This document shows positions 32,394-50,543 of a DNA stretch of 64,000 bases, one piece after another. The stretch's first letter is position 1. Every line of letters starts with the position of its first letter. The stretch lies in NCBI GenBank assembly GCA_009103225.1, contig RHPI01001507.1, positions 124,001-188,000 on the forward strand. Reading direction: 5' to 3'. The position numbers and the translations under genes were made by a program. The stretch is from Chlorokybus atmophyticus. Lineage: Eukaryota; Plantae; Mesostigma and Chlorokybus algae. The notes under the pieces were generated by a model that was not told the DNA's origin, did no database searches, and saw nothing but the letters and a program-made list of their open reading frames with translations.

Positions 32394-35103
32394 ATGGCAG
32401 CTGACGATCCCGCCTCCACCGCCATCGCCGCCGCTTCTTCCGACGCCATGCCTGCACCTCCTGCCGCCGCCCCGCCTGTTAGAAAAGCCATGGGCAGGGC
32501 TAAGATTGAGATACGGCGCATTGAGCATGCCACTTCACGCCAGGTGCGTTCAAGCTGAAGCAATGCATGAGCACGAGGCTAAGACCAGCCATGCACAAAT
32601 GCTTGCTCATCAGCGTGGCCAGTGGCCGTCATGACCATGGTGATCACGCTAATCAGCATGCGTGCTGCTCAGCAAGGCGTGGTACGGCTGAATTGGTTGA
32701 GTTGTTACTGCTGTTGATGCTTATCCGAAGGGAATGCCACTGACTGAAGCACGAGCAATCATTGCACGCTTGTAACTGGGTTGACTTTACAAGCAGCTCA
32801 TACTAGTCCGTCACCAGTGCAGACTCAGCACTCGGAGCATGCTGCTGCTTTGTATGCAATGAAACACATTGGCACTGTTCAGCACGCCTGCGGCCAATTG
32901 TTGACCAGATGTGTGAATTGCTTGTGACAGAAACGTTTGCATTGCAACGTTGCATGCAGGTTGGTATCGTTGTGTCATGTAGCGGTCTCATTCACAGGTG
33001 ACTTTCTCCAAGCGACGATCGGGCCTGTTGAAAAAAGCTTACGAGTTGTCTGTTCTTTGCGATGCGGACATCGCCGTCATCATGTTCTCGCCCACTGGCA
33101 AACTCTTTGAATACGCCAACTCGAGGTCAGTTGCATGCTTGTACATTGAGCATGTGATTGATTGCAAGCGCAGTCTGTTGACGATGTTGCGCACCTGCAG
33201 CATTGAAGATATTCTCGAGCGGTACCGCAACACGCCAAAGGAATATCGAGACAAGCGGAAGTTTGACAACACCGACGTAAGTGTTACTGCTTGTGGCTTG
33301 TGTGCACACTCTGATTGTGAGTGAGGGCATGCATACGTGCGTGCGCGTGCACGCGTGTGGGCGCGCTTGTGTTGATCTGTGTCATGTCTGGCAGTATCTT
33401 GCCAAGGAGTCCAAGAAGCTGCGGCACGATCTTGAGCAGGCCAAGCGAGAGCTGAAGTGAGTGCCCTATTGCAATGTGGCAACTGCCATGCACATTGGCA
33501 TCAGTCTGATTGAACTATGCCATGATCAGGTACATGCATGGCGAGGGGCTGGACGGTCTCAGCATGCAAGAGCTTGAGAAGGTGGAGAGCAAACTCGAGG
33601 AGGGCCTGCGGAAGCTTCGTACCTGCAAGGTGAGGCTCAAGCCGCTTGCATCATGATACACACTTGCCCAGCATTCAATGCACTGCTGATGGTTTGGGTG
33701 TGCCTCGCGTGTTGTGCAGAGCAATCTTATGCAGCAAGAGATTGACCGATTGAGAAGACAGGTATATGCAATAGTCACGCAGTTTAGCTCACTATTCTGT
33801 GCAGCAAATATATGTCATCAACTGTTGTTGACGCTGTTGTTTGCGCGTGCGCCAGCTTTATGATGCAGAGGGCGGCGGACAAGCCTTTGCAAACATGCCC
33901 AACGCAAATGAGGTGTTATGCGCGGGGCCCAACATGCTTGGCCGCATGACTCTCAACGACCACTGGTAGGGTTTGGATTCTGCGCGCAATGCCATGTCAC
34001 TGTTGTATACGCAAGTTGTTGGTCAATTTGTTGATGGATGTGATGTGTCCGTCCTGGCAGCCTGGTTCCCAAACACAACAAGTCCACGGCTGGTGCATCC
34101 GCAGCAGCAACGGATGGCCCGGCCATGCCAACATCAGGTGTGAATGGTATCAACAGCCATTGCACATTTCCCAAGCACACAGGCTCTGTACCAACTTGTT
34201 AACATCTACTTGTGCGGAACAGCCGGTGGCGGTGCATCTCGTGCAGGCACCAGCAGGTGGCCTGTTGCAGCTCAAAGGGCTTCCATGAGGGAGAATGGTA
34301 GCACGCCCGCTGCCCGTGTGACCGACCTGCAGTTCGCCTTTGAGCAGCCGCACAACAACAACCACAACAACAGCCATAACCACAATGTACATACTGGCAA
34401 CCTCAGCGCAGCCATGCACCAACTTGCACAACAGCAGCAGCAGCAGCAGCAGCAGCATCAACAGCGGCAACAGCAACTGCGGCAACAACAACAACAACAG
34501 TTCATGCACAAGGTAGGGTTGCGCTTGCCTTGGATATGTCCTTTTTTGTCAATGGTGTTGATGTCCATGTATTGTGTGCTCATGGATCATTTCTCCTGCT
34601 GGCTGCACACATTGTCGCTCAAGGTCATACCTGCGCAGGACCTCCAGTTTGCATTTTTGCCCGGGTTTGATGCTTTACCCCATGACACACACACGGCAGC
34701 CATCAATCACAATGGTAGCGAAGACCCCGTGGCCAATATCTCAGACCACTTGCGCGCGGAGGACCTCTCACCCAATCACGCGGACACCCATGCCCACGCG
34801 CACAATGAGGATAACATTCTTGACCTCGATATCGGCACCCCGCTCGGGGCCGCCTCAGCCACATCCATGATGATGCAGCTGTTTGGGTCTCCTTCAGCCC
34901 ACAGCCATCACAACTCATTGTCAGTCCCGCACATGTTGGATTCCACCAACGGACTCCTCTCGTCATCATTTGAGGAGAAATACCTCACTCCCGCAGCCAA
35001 TTTCGCCTCGACATCTTCGCTAAACTTCTCCGATAGCGTCGGCATCGCACAACAACATTATGAGGCCTTGACACACGCCTCGGGGAGTGCCGGCAACAGA
35101 TGA
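32394..35103 (+). CDS. MIKC-type (type II) MADS-box transcription factor, 10 coding exons, ~467 aa from ATG 32490 or ~499 aa from ATG 32394
   Basis: Exons 32394/32490-32543, 32998-33125, 33201-33276, 33395-33456 (62 nt), 33530-33629 (100 nt), 33720-33761 (42 nt), 33856-33965, 34061-34137, 34223-34512 and 34639-35103; all GT-AG and phase-consistent. [60 protein letters not shown]; K-box [33 protein letters not shown]. Exons 7-9 are less certain. Confidence 0.93.
34429..34500 (+). repeat. CAG/CAA repeat encoding a poly-Gln tract in the MADS C-terminal domain
   Basis: [23 protein letters not shown], preceded by an Asn/His-rich stretch. Confidence 0.9.
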
Positions 35104-36186
35104 GTGTGGGTTGATATTGCTGCGGTTGGTTTGTACAGGCGCTCTCATGATTGATAGCGGTTTCATGGCTTTGAAGCTGTGGTGAGTGGTATGGATGTTG
35201 CGCGCTTGTTGAGATTATATAGGACATATTAAACATGTACAGGCAGTATTGTTTTTTGTATGTGTGTCGTGTTGTACAGGCCAAGAGCGAGAATAGAGAG
35301 AAGGAACTTTGCGGCCACGCGCTAGTGATGTGGCCGTTAGTTTTAGCTTCTAGCCTGTTGTTATGTGGTAGGGAGTGTGTAGTGCGAGGCAGGGCTGATT
35401 ATTTTCTGTTTGAATGGCTCTTTTGCGTTTGCTTCTGACCTTGCACTTAAAGATGCAGATGGCTCTTTTTGCAGCCCATATGATGCGTTCCCCATTTCAG
35501 TACTCAATCTGTAGCCCAGCATGCTGGTGCGTGCCACCGGCACAGTGCGACTGGTGCAAGCGATTGGGTTCCGACAGCAATTACGGAGTCGAGAGCACAT
35601 CTACTCGAACAAATGTTATGATGATGGCAGTGACTGATCGTAGTGCGCATGTGGTGCGCAGTGGGTACAAAAGATGTAAGGCGGGTCTTGTGCAAGTCAC
35701 ACCGCATTCAGTGCATACATGCAGTCAGCACACCATTGCCACCATTCCCTCACAGACACCACCACCGCGCTACATGCTAACCTACGGTAGTCACTATGTA
35801 CGACACAATTCACCTACCCCGTCAAAAATGCATGCATGGCAGTCCAAACGAGTTGTTACTAGTCAACCTGCTCCCCGTGCAGTTGTCGCGGCTGTGCTGC
35901 ATAGGCTGTACATTGTTGTCGCAATGCCACGAAGACCAGCTTGTACAACAGCGGCGCAGGAGTGCAACAGATGTACTTGTTGTCAGGTAGTTGTTGGTTG
36001 GCATGAAAGTCCAATACCAATCGCGCTTGTGTTACACGTTACATGCATCAAGCGACCGGTGTAGCGTTTAGGTAGTGTCATGTAGGGTTTGTAGTGGCGG
36101 CAGCGGTGATGCGTGGAGTTGTGTATGCATGGATGTCAGAGCTCACTCTTTGCCGTCGTATTTGCTAGGTTATGCGTTATGTAGGA

Positions 36187-36450
<264 letters not shown>

Positions 36451-38102
36451 GCGCTCTCGTAGCAACACAACGCAAGGCCGCAGCGGCGGATGTCCATAAC
36501 CCAACCACACCCCTATCCTAGCACACACAGAGTACAGGGCTACACAATCACGTTCAGTCCCAAGCGTCATCAAGCCGCCCCCGCGACGCATGAGTAGGGG
36601 ACTTTCAGCGCCTGCTGCGGCTGTGTGCGAGACGCATGGGGGGCGGCGGGGGCCTCTTGCAGCGTGGCGTGCGCAAAGCACCGAGCGCACGCGTTGACCG
36701 ATATGGAGCGCCGGGCTAGGCGGCAGTGCCCGCTGGCAAACCGACAACCGAGGTGGACACAACGCTCGCACTCAGCTGCATCGTGCCTGAGAAGGTCCGC
36801 ATGCATGCCAACAATGCACATACAAGCGCTGCTACATGACCGCCAGGCTATATGTCCAGTTCCGTCTTCACTAGGCTAACATGCACGACCCCCAAGCAGA
36901 AGTCATGGTCACATCTTACATACGGCGTGCAGTGTCAGTCTCCAGCAGTTGACCACATGCACATGTGATCAGCCGCCACCACCACCGTCTCCGCTGCTTG
37001 CACCGTCCCCGAATCCTTGCTGGCTATCGTCGCAAGGCCTCAGACCCTCTGACCAACAAGCAGCCATGGACGCCGTTAGCAGCAGTGGTGGCAGGCTGCT
37101 CGCTGTCCAAGCATCATGTACAGCTGTGGATGCCGTGGATGCGTGTTAAGAGTCGGAGACAATCAATCCTATCTCTACATTCATTACCGCAGCTTTGCTA
37201 GCATAGCAGCGAGCACGTGAACGAGCCGTCCTGCGGAACATGGCTCGGAGCAAATGCACACATGTGCTGTAAAGGAAGGAGTGTGCTCTGTATCTGCAGA
37301 CCCTGCTGAAGCGCACGTATTGCGAGATGACCACACCCATCCTGGTCGTTATGGCCATGGTGGAAGTCGGTAACCGTGCTCGGAGGACGTCTGTTCTTGT
37401 GTTGCATGTGCTAGCGAGCTAGACACATGTGGTAGCGACTCCTAACCTAACTAACTTCGATGCACGACTTGTTTCGGCCTATGTAGGAGTGCATGTCGCA
37501 TCAGCCTTATGGACGTTCTCTCAACGCACAGCGCTACTCGTATCAATTAGCTCATGCATCTACTACAGTACCCAAATGCGTATGAAACAGGATACATGTA
37601 ACATGTAGCTTCGCAAACAAGTGTTTACTTTTGTGTAAGTTAGCAGTATCGTCAGGGTTTGGGCTCCTTGCAGCTGTTGGTTGGCTAGCCGCGCCCAACC
37701 CACCATCACTCACTACGCACTCGGCATTGTAAGCGCCTTACATATAGTGAGCGCGTACCCTTGGCTACATATCATTCCATAATTGTAGCGCAGGTACTTG
37801 TACTGAACTGTGCGGGGTCGCAATGCATTCAGCAACAGCATTCACATAGTGGCCGAGTGCAAGCACTGCAGCGGACATAAAGCCCCTTAACATCACAATA
37901 ATAACCCAACCTCTTTGGTCCAAACATCTTCAAACCAATAGCTTTGAACCCACTTCTATGGTACAGTGACACACACCATAAGCAGCTATCACACCATTGA
38001 AACTGATGCATGCAATCCAAAAAAACCCTGTACAATTCTTGCTACACGACCACATCATCCACGCAATCCCAACACGGTCTCCCCCCCCCTCCCCCCCCCC
38101 TC

Positions 38103-39932
38103 TCACTGTACCGCTTTGACCCATCCGAGCGTGAGCTCCTCGCTGACCTCCCACAGCTTCGCTGCCATGGCGTCGTCTTTCGCGTGGTCAGACTCGCGGG
38201 CGACGTTGCAGTCGTACAGGTACGCGCCGCTCACGCCGCGCATGTTGGGACTCACGGCGCAGTACACCGACGTCGCGGCACCCTGCTCGTGCGCAAGGGT
38301 AAGTGTGTGTATGCGTGCGAGTGTACAAGCGTGCGTATGCATGTATGTATGCCTGTGCGTGCGTGCGCGCGCGCCCGCGTATGGATGCGCATAATGAAGG
38401 CCCGAGAGATAGATTGTGTGTATATGTGAACGTGTTTCATACGCACCTGGGGGATGGTTTTGAAGAGCGGGTAGAGCGTGGTCAGCACCGTGTTGACTGC
38501 CAAAACAAACACGACATGAGCTGATTGACCAAAGCACACATCAGGTCATGGCAGGCATACTGGGCAATGTAATACAGTAAGCGGGACAATGCTGCAAGCA
38601 TCCTGTCTTGAGCCATATGACTTAGTATGATGTGATGATGATGCCACACACGTGTTTACCTAGGGGGTTGTGTCTGCCGAGCTCGGTGCGGATGCCTCCC
38701 GGATGCAGCGAGTTGGCCGTCACGTTCACGCCCTCAGCCTGTTCCACGACAAGAAGTGTGAGTGTCCTTGAAGGGAAGGAAAAGGAGAACCAGCTTGTGA
38801 CATGCACGACAACTTGCCACACAATCACATGCACAAGTCTATTAAACACGCGCGCGCATGCATACACCCTCACTCGCTCTTTCACTCACTTTGAGGCGTC
38901 TCGCGAGCTCCCTCGTGAACAATATATTCGCCAGTTTGGCCTGTCCATAGGCGTACCACCTGTGGTAGTACTTCTCCCCCTTCAGGTCGTCGAAGCGTAT
39001 GCCCTCGCGGTACGTGAAGCGGTGGCCCTCAGACGACACGTTCACCACGCGGGTCTCGATCGACGAAGAGGCGGCGGTGGACTCTAAGGTGGGGAGGAGG
39101 AGGGAAGTCAGGAGGAAGTGGCCTGAGTGGCAGGGGAGAGAGGTGTGTTGGTGGTGATGATAATGCATGCGTTTGCGTGCACACGTGTTTGATACTCACT
39201 CACCGAGGTGGTTCGTGCCGAACTGCATCTCGAATCCGTCGGCTGTCTCGCCACGCGGGCACGCCATCACCGCCGCATTGTTGCTGCTCGACCAAACAAC
39301 ATTAGCTCAACCAGATACTGCAACGACCACACGTGCGATTACACACACACGCACCTAATTGCATCAGCGTGCATGTGCAGAAGTAACCCTACTCTCACAG
39401 CACACATGCGTATCCCTATGTACGCGTGGATACACAACAAGCACTGGCAGAGGCGCTCGCATTGTACTGCATGCCGTCACGGCATTGCATTCGATCATGC
39501 ATGCGAGACTCTTCACACACGAGGCAGCCAAACAGTGTGAGTGTGAGCATGAGTGCGATCCATCCCCCACATGAGAATGTGCAGCGGCATCCCCGTCGCC
39601 TTGAACGTGTCCACGAACGCCTTCACGGACGCCATGGACGCCAGGTCCAGGGCCATCTCGATCACCTTGGCCTCATCCTTGGCTGAATTTCTCACGATGT
39701 CTGCCGCAGCCGCGCTTCGCTGCGGGTCCCTGCACGCCATGACGACCGTCATCCCGCAGGACGCCAGCGCCCTGGCCGTCTCCAGGCCGATGCCGCTGTT
39801 GGAGCCGGTCACGATGGCGACGTGGTCAGGGAGGGAGGGGTCTGAGGATAAGGACTGGGAGGCGACCTGCTCGGCGGTGGAGGCGCTGCCGAAACCGCTG
39901 GGGCCCGGACGCCCGAGCATGTAGTTCATCAT
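38103..39932 (-). CDS. Short-chain dehydrogenase/reductase, retinol-dehydrogenase/Tic32-like, 6 exons, ~335 aa
   Basis: Exons 39932-39571, 39283-39204, 39122-38890, 38738-38660, 38520-38447 and 38282-38103, phase-consistent. [11 protein letters not shown]; [11 protein letters not shown]; [10 protein letters not shown]; [13 protein letters not shown]; VVNVSS; catalytic YGQAK; ANSLHPG; [10 protein letters not shown]. Confidence 0.95.
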
Positions 39933-40081
39933 GTTGGAGAGAGAGCGGATGTCCTCTTCTTCTTCTTCTCGTCCTCCTTCTTTCACCGCCGCCGCCGCCG
40001 CTTCGATGCGTTGCCACGTCAAGGGGGACACTGGTGGCACATGTATCTCTGTATCTCCCGGGCTATACGCATGGGACTAGC

Positions 40082-40158
40082 GTACCGTGTAAGTGCAGTT
40101 CATCCGTACTACTAATGGTACCGTCAACTAGACGGTACCACTGCTGGTACTTATGTAC
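40082..40158. promoter_or_regulatory. GTAC-core cluster with a 10-bp-arm hairpin in a 308-bp divergent intergenic region
   Basis: GTAC at 40082, 40106, 40118, 40135, 40147 and 40155; perfect inverted repeat tggtaccgtc-aacta-gacggtacca at 40116-40140. Confidence 0.4.
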
Positions 40159-40240
40159 CAAGGCGAACCGTGTCACGCGCACAAGAGAGTATGCCTGTTA
40201 CCAGGCTGCGTATGGGCATTACACGTGGCATTCTGCAACC

Positions 40241-40520
40241 ATGACGGCGGCGGCGACAACGTCCTTACCGTCCTCCTTTGCCCGGTCCATCGTGTGCCTG
40301 TTGCTTGTGTCGTTGTGTTTGTCACCGTCTGTGCGGATGGTGCGCGCGGCGCCGGGCGGCGGCAAGATCGCCGGGCTGGGAGGGCTGCTCAGCAGCCGCG
40401 GCGAGGGCGGGGATGACTACGTGCTGCTGGACGGCGTGAGCAGACCTGGAGAGGCGCAGACCCTGCAGACGCAACTGGAAGGTGAGAGCAGGGCTGTGCG
40501 TGCGTGTCACAGGACTTGTT

Positions 40521-40594
<74 letters not shown>

Positions 40595-41242
40595 GAGTTG
40601 GGCGCCCGCGGTGTCTCCGTCTACGGCGACCACGTCAGCTTCTCCTTCCCTTCATCCCGAATGGACGAGCTTCAGACGCTGGAGACGCTCAAGTTCGCGC
40701 ACGTCTCCCTGCACACCACTCACGACACAGGGGCTCATGCTGCGGGTGCTGCTTTGGGGAGCATCAACCCACACCAGGTGCCAGTGCCGTGTGTACATGT
40801 ACAGGGTGGTCAGTTAGACGTGGTCACGCATGGGCATGTTTGCATGCAGGCATACTCTGTTGCATCAAGCTACGGTGCGCATGCATCCCCGCCGTCATCC
40901 TACACACACTCACCGTTGCCGTAAGTTATTCATCACCGTTAGGGCTATGTGCTTGCTCATCTCGTCCAACGACACCCACATGCACAGCCTCTAGTAGCAG
41001 GCAATTGACTAAACACCTTGTGCAGTACGCGATACCTGTGAATGTCACACGTACAGTCCGACAGTTGTGCTTGTGTATCATCTGATCGTTGGGTTACTTG
41101 CGAGTACTGTGTCTTAACATTGTGTTTGCTTATTGTTGGTGGTGTGTGAAGCAGCGTCACCAACGGTGATGAGGCGGGGCAGACGAGCGATCATGAGCCA
41201 ACTCTTGACGTGTACACTCGACGCCGGGGGCGACAGCATTGA
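40241..41242 (+). CDS. Putative small secreted protein (~194 aa) of unknown function; central part resembles a bacterial S8 peptidase pro-region
   Basis: accATG at 40241; hydrophobic N-terminus (SIVCLLLVSLCLSPSVRMVRA). Exons 40241-40481, 40596-40777, 40850-40920 and 41152-41242 are phase-consistent. The first two exons have strong coding character; the 3' exons are uncertain. Confidence 0.55.
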
Positions 41243-42622
41243 TATGGCTGGCGCAAATGACGAGTCGCTACTGCCTTTTGTTGAACACCTCTCCTTGTAA
41301 AGTCTCCACTCCGTTGTCGGTTCCGGTGTGTCACGCAAACTGCGTAATGGCTTGTTCTGGGAACAATGTACATATGGACAACAATTCGTAGGAGTAACTA
41401 GCTATGCTGTTTGATGCACGCCATGTCCTTCCTGTTGTACATAAATCTCCAAAACAATTCTAGCATGCAATGAATGCCTTGCACACATTGATCATGTCCA
41501 GCAGCAGCATGCATGGCAATCCACCACATACATACCTCGAGCCGACCACCTCAATCACCGGGCAACACTGACATAATCCTTGCACTTTATTAATTATACT
41601 ACTCAGTCTACGGCCTAACTAACCAACCAACGACCCCACCCTGTTAGGCATGCATGCAAATGCCGACTGAATCACCTGTAGCACGGCTGTTGGTTAGCGG
41701 CCCATCCTTGCACTTAGGTCCACAACAGCAGACCCATCGGACTCCCCCTCCTCCTTCGCCCATATCCCCGCCGCCACCTCCGCCCGCCTAGTGCTGCGTC
41801 ACTGACTGTCGTTCTTAGGGTTTGTGTCAGTACACGCATGCATGCATGTACGGCAGACACGGTCACTCCTTCTGCGTCGCGGCTGCATGTGTAACATATA
41901 TGCAATGTTATGCATGTGTACACAGATCTCCTAAACAGAAGTGTAAGTGGCATGGGATGCACATGTGACAAGCGAGTCTTAGAAGCCAATATCATGATAA
42001 AAGGTTCTGCCGAGGCGCTACAAGCCAAACTTCAAGACTGCATGCAAATTTCGGAAAAGGGCCACAATTTATTCAGCTTGAACTGCAAGCCTGTTTGCAG
42101 CGGGGCGACTGCTTTGTACATATACTCTTGAGGTATCAGATGTACCCAAGTAAAGCCAACATCGAAGCGGCTATCATAACTTACACTACGCTACGACACC
42201 CCTGCTGGATCTGCAGCAGCGACGGAAAGAATAGCAATAGCGAAACAACAACCTGACATCACAAGTACAACATACAAACAGAACATGACGGCGACTATGA
42301 CTACGCTACAGTGCTGTTATCACGCTGAAGACAGGCGGCCGGGCGATGCGATATCCCAACTACACACGCATTGCTCACTGGACTGAGAGGGTAACAATGC
42401 GCGGTGTAGTGTACGTGACGCCGGCCCTGTCCTTCGCGGGAGTTGAGAAAAAGAGGAGGAGGAGGAGAAAGAAAAAGCCCCATTTTGCCAACATCACACG
42501 TGTATAGTAAGATTTGGAAGCAAAGTGCGGAAGAGGAAGGAGGATTGAGAGTGCAACTCGAAGGGGAGGAGAGACTGCGTGAATGGATTGTGTGCAAGAG
42601 GACGGGAGAGTAGAAGTAGAGA

Positions 42623-47885
<5,263 letters not shown>

Positions 47886-50543
47886 CGGCGGCAAGTGGCA
47901 CTCCTCCCTGACAACAAAAGACACGCACACACATACGCACTATGAGCGCCCAACACCATGACAACATCTGAGAGCTCAAACACGCTATGCGTCATCTGAC
48001 AGCTGGGTTGGGTTGCAATTGCGCAGGGCCAATGCTCTTGCAGCGTCAGCTGAACCGTGACGCTCACACACAGTGTGATAGTGGGCATGTAAACACTCAC
48101 CACTGCACTCCTCAAGCGAATTCAAGTAACAAATGCAGAATTCATCCCTGCTCGAGCACTGCTGGCATGCTTGCAACTCATAGGAAGTGCGTTGCTGTTA
48201 AGCATGCCGTTAGGCAGCTCGACTAGATAAGTCTTCTGCAAGTAACGCTCAGTAAATCAAAGACAGCACTGCAAGAAAGCACCGTGCTACTATGATCTCA
48301 AAACGGACAGCCCGCCAGCAGCATAGTGCTTACTTGGAGGCGCCTTTAAGCGCTCTTGTTTCAGCTTCTGCAGCTAACATTTCACCAAAAGCTCCAGATC
48401 CACCCCGGCCCTGCCTCGTGCGCCGGTAACGACGACAACGACGCCTAACCCAACCACAACCCTACCTCCGTCCCCGCCCGCGCCCAGCTCCAGCAGAGGC
48501 AGCCTGCCGCAAGCATGGCCACCAGCACCGCAGAAGCGCTTTCCCCTAGCCGGAAACCTCAACTTCACATCCACCGTGAGCCTGGACTCAAACCCTCGCA
48601 CCCCACAAGAACAGATTTCCGCACGTCGTCGCCCACCGCTGCCGCCGCCACTGTCGCCCACACCCTCAGCCACGCCCTCAAGCTTGCAGGTTACAGTAGT
48701 TAGTCTTGACGGAAGTGAAGGTGCAAGAAAGTGCAGTACCTACTGTAATAGGCCTTAGCGTTGGGGTTAGGCGTCTATTATGAGGCAAAACAAGCGGAAA
48801 GCGTTACGGATGATATTAAGAATACACCCCGCGCACACGTAACAGGCGCCCTGACTCTGCTCAGTTGTAACTCTCCGCGGCTTTGTCAGAGGGGCGATAC
48901 CCGTACCGAAACGCCGTAGCCTGTAGTATCCGCGGCCTGTCGCCGCGCAATGATATTTGGTACGAGAGCATGACAGCGGCGATTCGCCTGCGGACGGATC
49001 TCACGGTCTGCTACTCAATTCGCTCGGCGCGAAAAATGGTGTCGCGTAGCACCGTTCGCATCGGTCTCGACGGTTCAGACCTCAATGCGGCGAAATCATT
49101 AACATGCCATATGGGCAGTGTGAGGGACGCGGTGGGCACGCGCCTGTATACGCCGGGCGTTTCGGGGGCTGCGAAAGCGGCATGTGCAAGCACCCGTTGT
49201 GGGAGTTGCGCGCGAAACTTCCCTGCACGTCATGAAGTAACCATCGCAACCATTGCAAGCCAAAAGAAAAAGCGAGGGGGATGGGCGGGAAGTCTACATG
49301 TACAGGATTCTCGCGGCTCTGCATGTTGCGCCGAAACTTGCAGCCCGCAAAGCCTCGACGGGCAGTAAATATGAAGATACATGCAATTTGATCATCATGT
49401 GTGGATAGGTTATGGCGCAGTGCGCGACAATCACATGATTCACATCATGTGATGCGATACGCAATTGATGACACTACCGGTACAGTGTACGACGCATGTC
49501 GTTGTTATTGAATAGCCATTCAGCCCAGTGTAGCTGAATGGAGAGCCTACACTGTACCTCAATTGTACAGCAGCGTCTGCAACCGCGACTCAAAAAACAA
49601 CTACTGGGTCAAATGCGGGTACGTGCACCAGTACGGTAGGTGACCGCGGGTCGCGTGCCCCTCCTCGTTGCGGACAAGCACAAAGCCATCATTTCGCCCT
49701 CCATGTAGGCTGCAGCCCCTCCCTATAGTCTGCCCGCTCCATGAGCATAAACGTTGTCTCAAGTCAAGACTCTGCCTGTTATCGAGTGACCCACTGTGGA
49801 TTACAGGTTGCCCACGAAGTTTGTGGCACACTGTTCCGTAAAGACACATTACAACTCAAAAATGTTCATCACATGTTTTGGGTGATAAACAAGGTATAAC
49901 AGGCCTTGATACCGTAATGTCCACGTATTCTATTGACTGTTGTGGTTGTTATAGCAAAAGGTTGAAACGAAAAACAGTATGCAAAGTGAGTGTGGGTTGT
50001 GATGTATGTATCTCTGCGATGATAGTGGATTTCCGTTATAAACTGACCCAATTCAACATGCCGGACCTTTTAGTAAAAACACTATTTATGAACAGTTTGT
50101 GTTCGTGACGTATTAATAATGCACAATTCGTATATCAACTATAACACTATGATGGTGTTGTTGCGCAAATTGACACATTCAATATTAAGAGTACAATTTT
50201 TTAATCATTTTTAAAAACTAATCCAAAGTAAGATGTATGCAATGTGATTGTATGATTGTCTAAATGTTTGCAAAGACAACAACCCAGTCATTATGGCTTG
50301 CTTTACACCATGTATTGTAATAAGTATATGGTTGTTTAAACAATTCGATAATGTAAGCCATAACTCAAGGATATGGGTGAATTGAGTAGAATCAGATTAT
50401 ATTGCTTAATGATTCGCACTTACATTTACGTTCATAAAAGCTATTATTAACATATTGGTGTGCTTGCTTGATTATATTGTACTACATTGTGGTGCTTGCA
50501 CATACTTACAATCAAGCTAAATGGTTTTGGATTCTGATAAGGA

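Noticed and set aside
41910-42131. Small ORF between the secreted-protein gene and the kinase 3' end
   Set aside because: 73 aa, no motif and no convincing exon partners.
48374-49368. ORFs 48374-48673, 48515-48703 and 48883-49368
   Set aside because: GC-rich leader/promoter region of the kinase; overlapping frames with no motifs or splice support.
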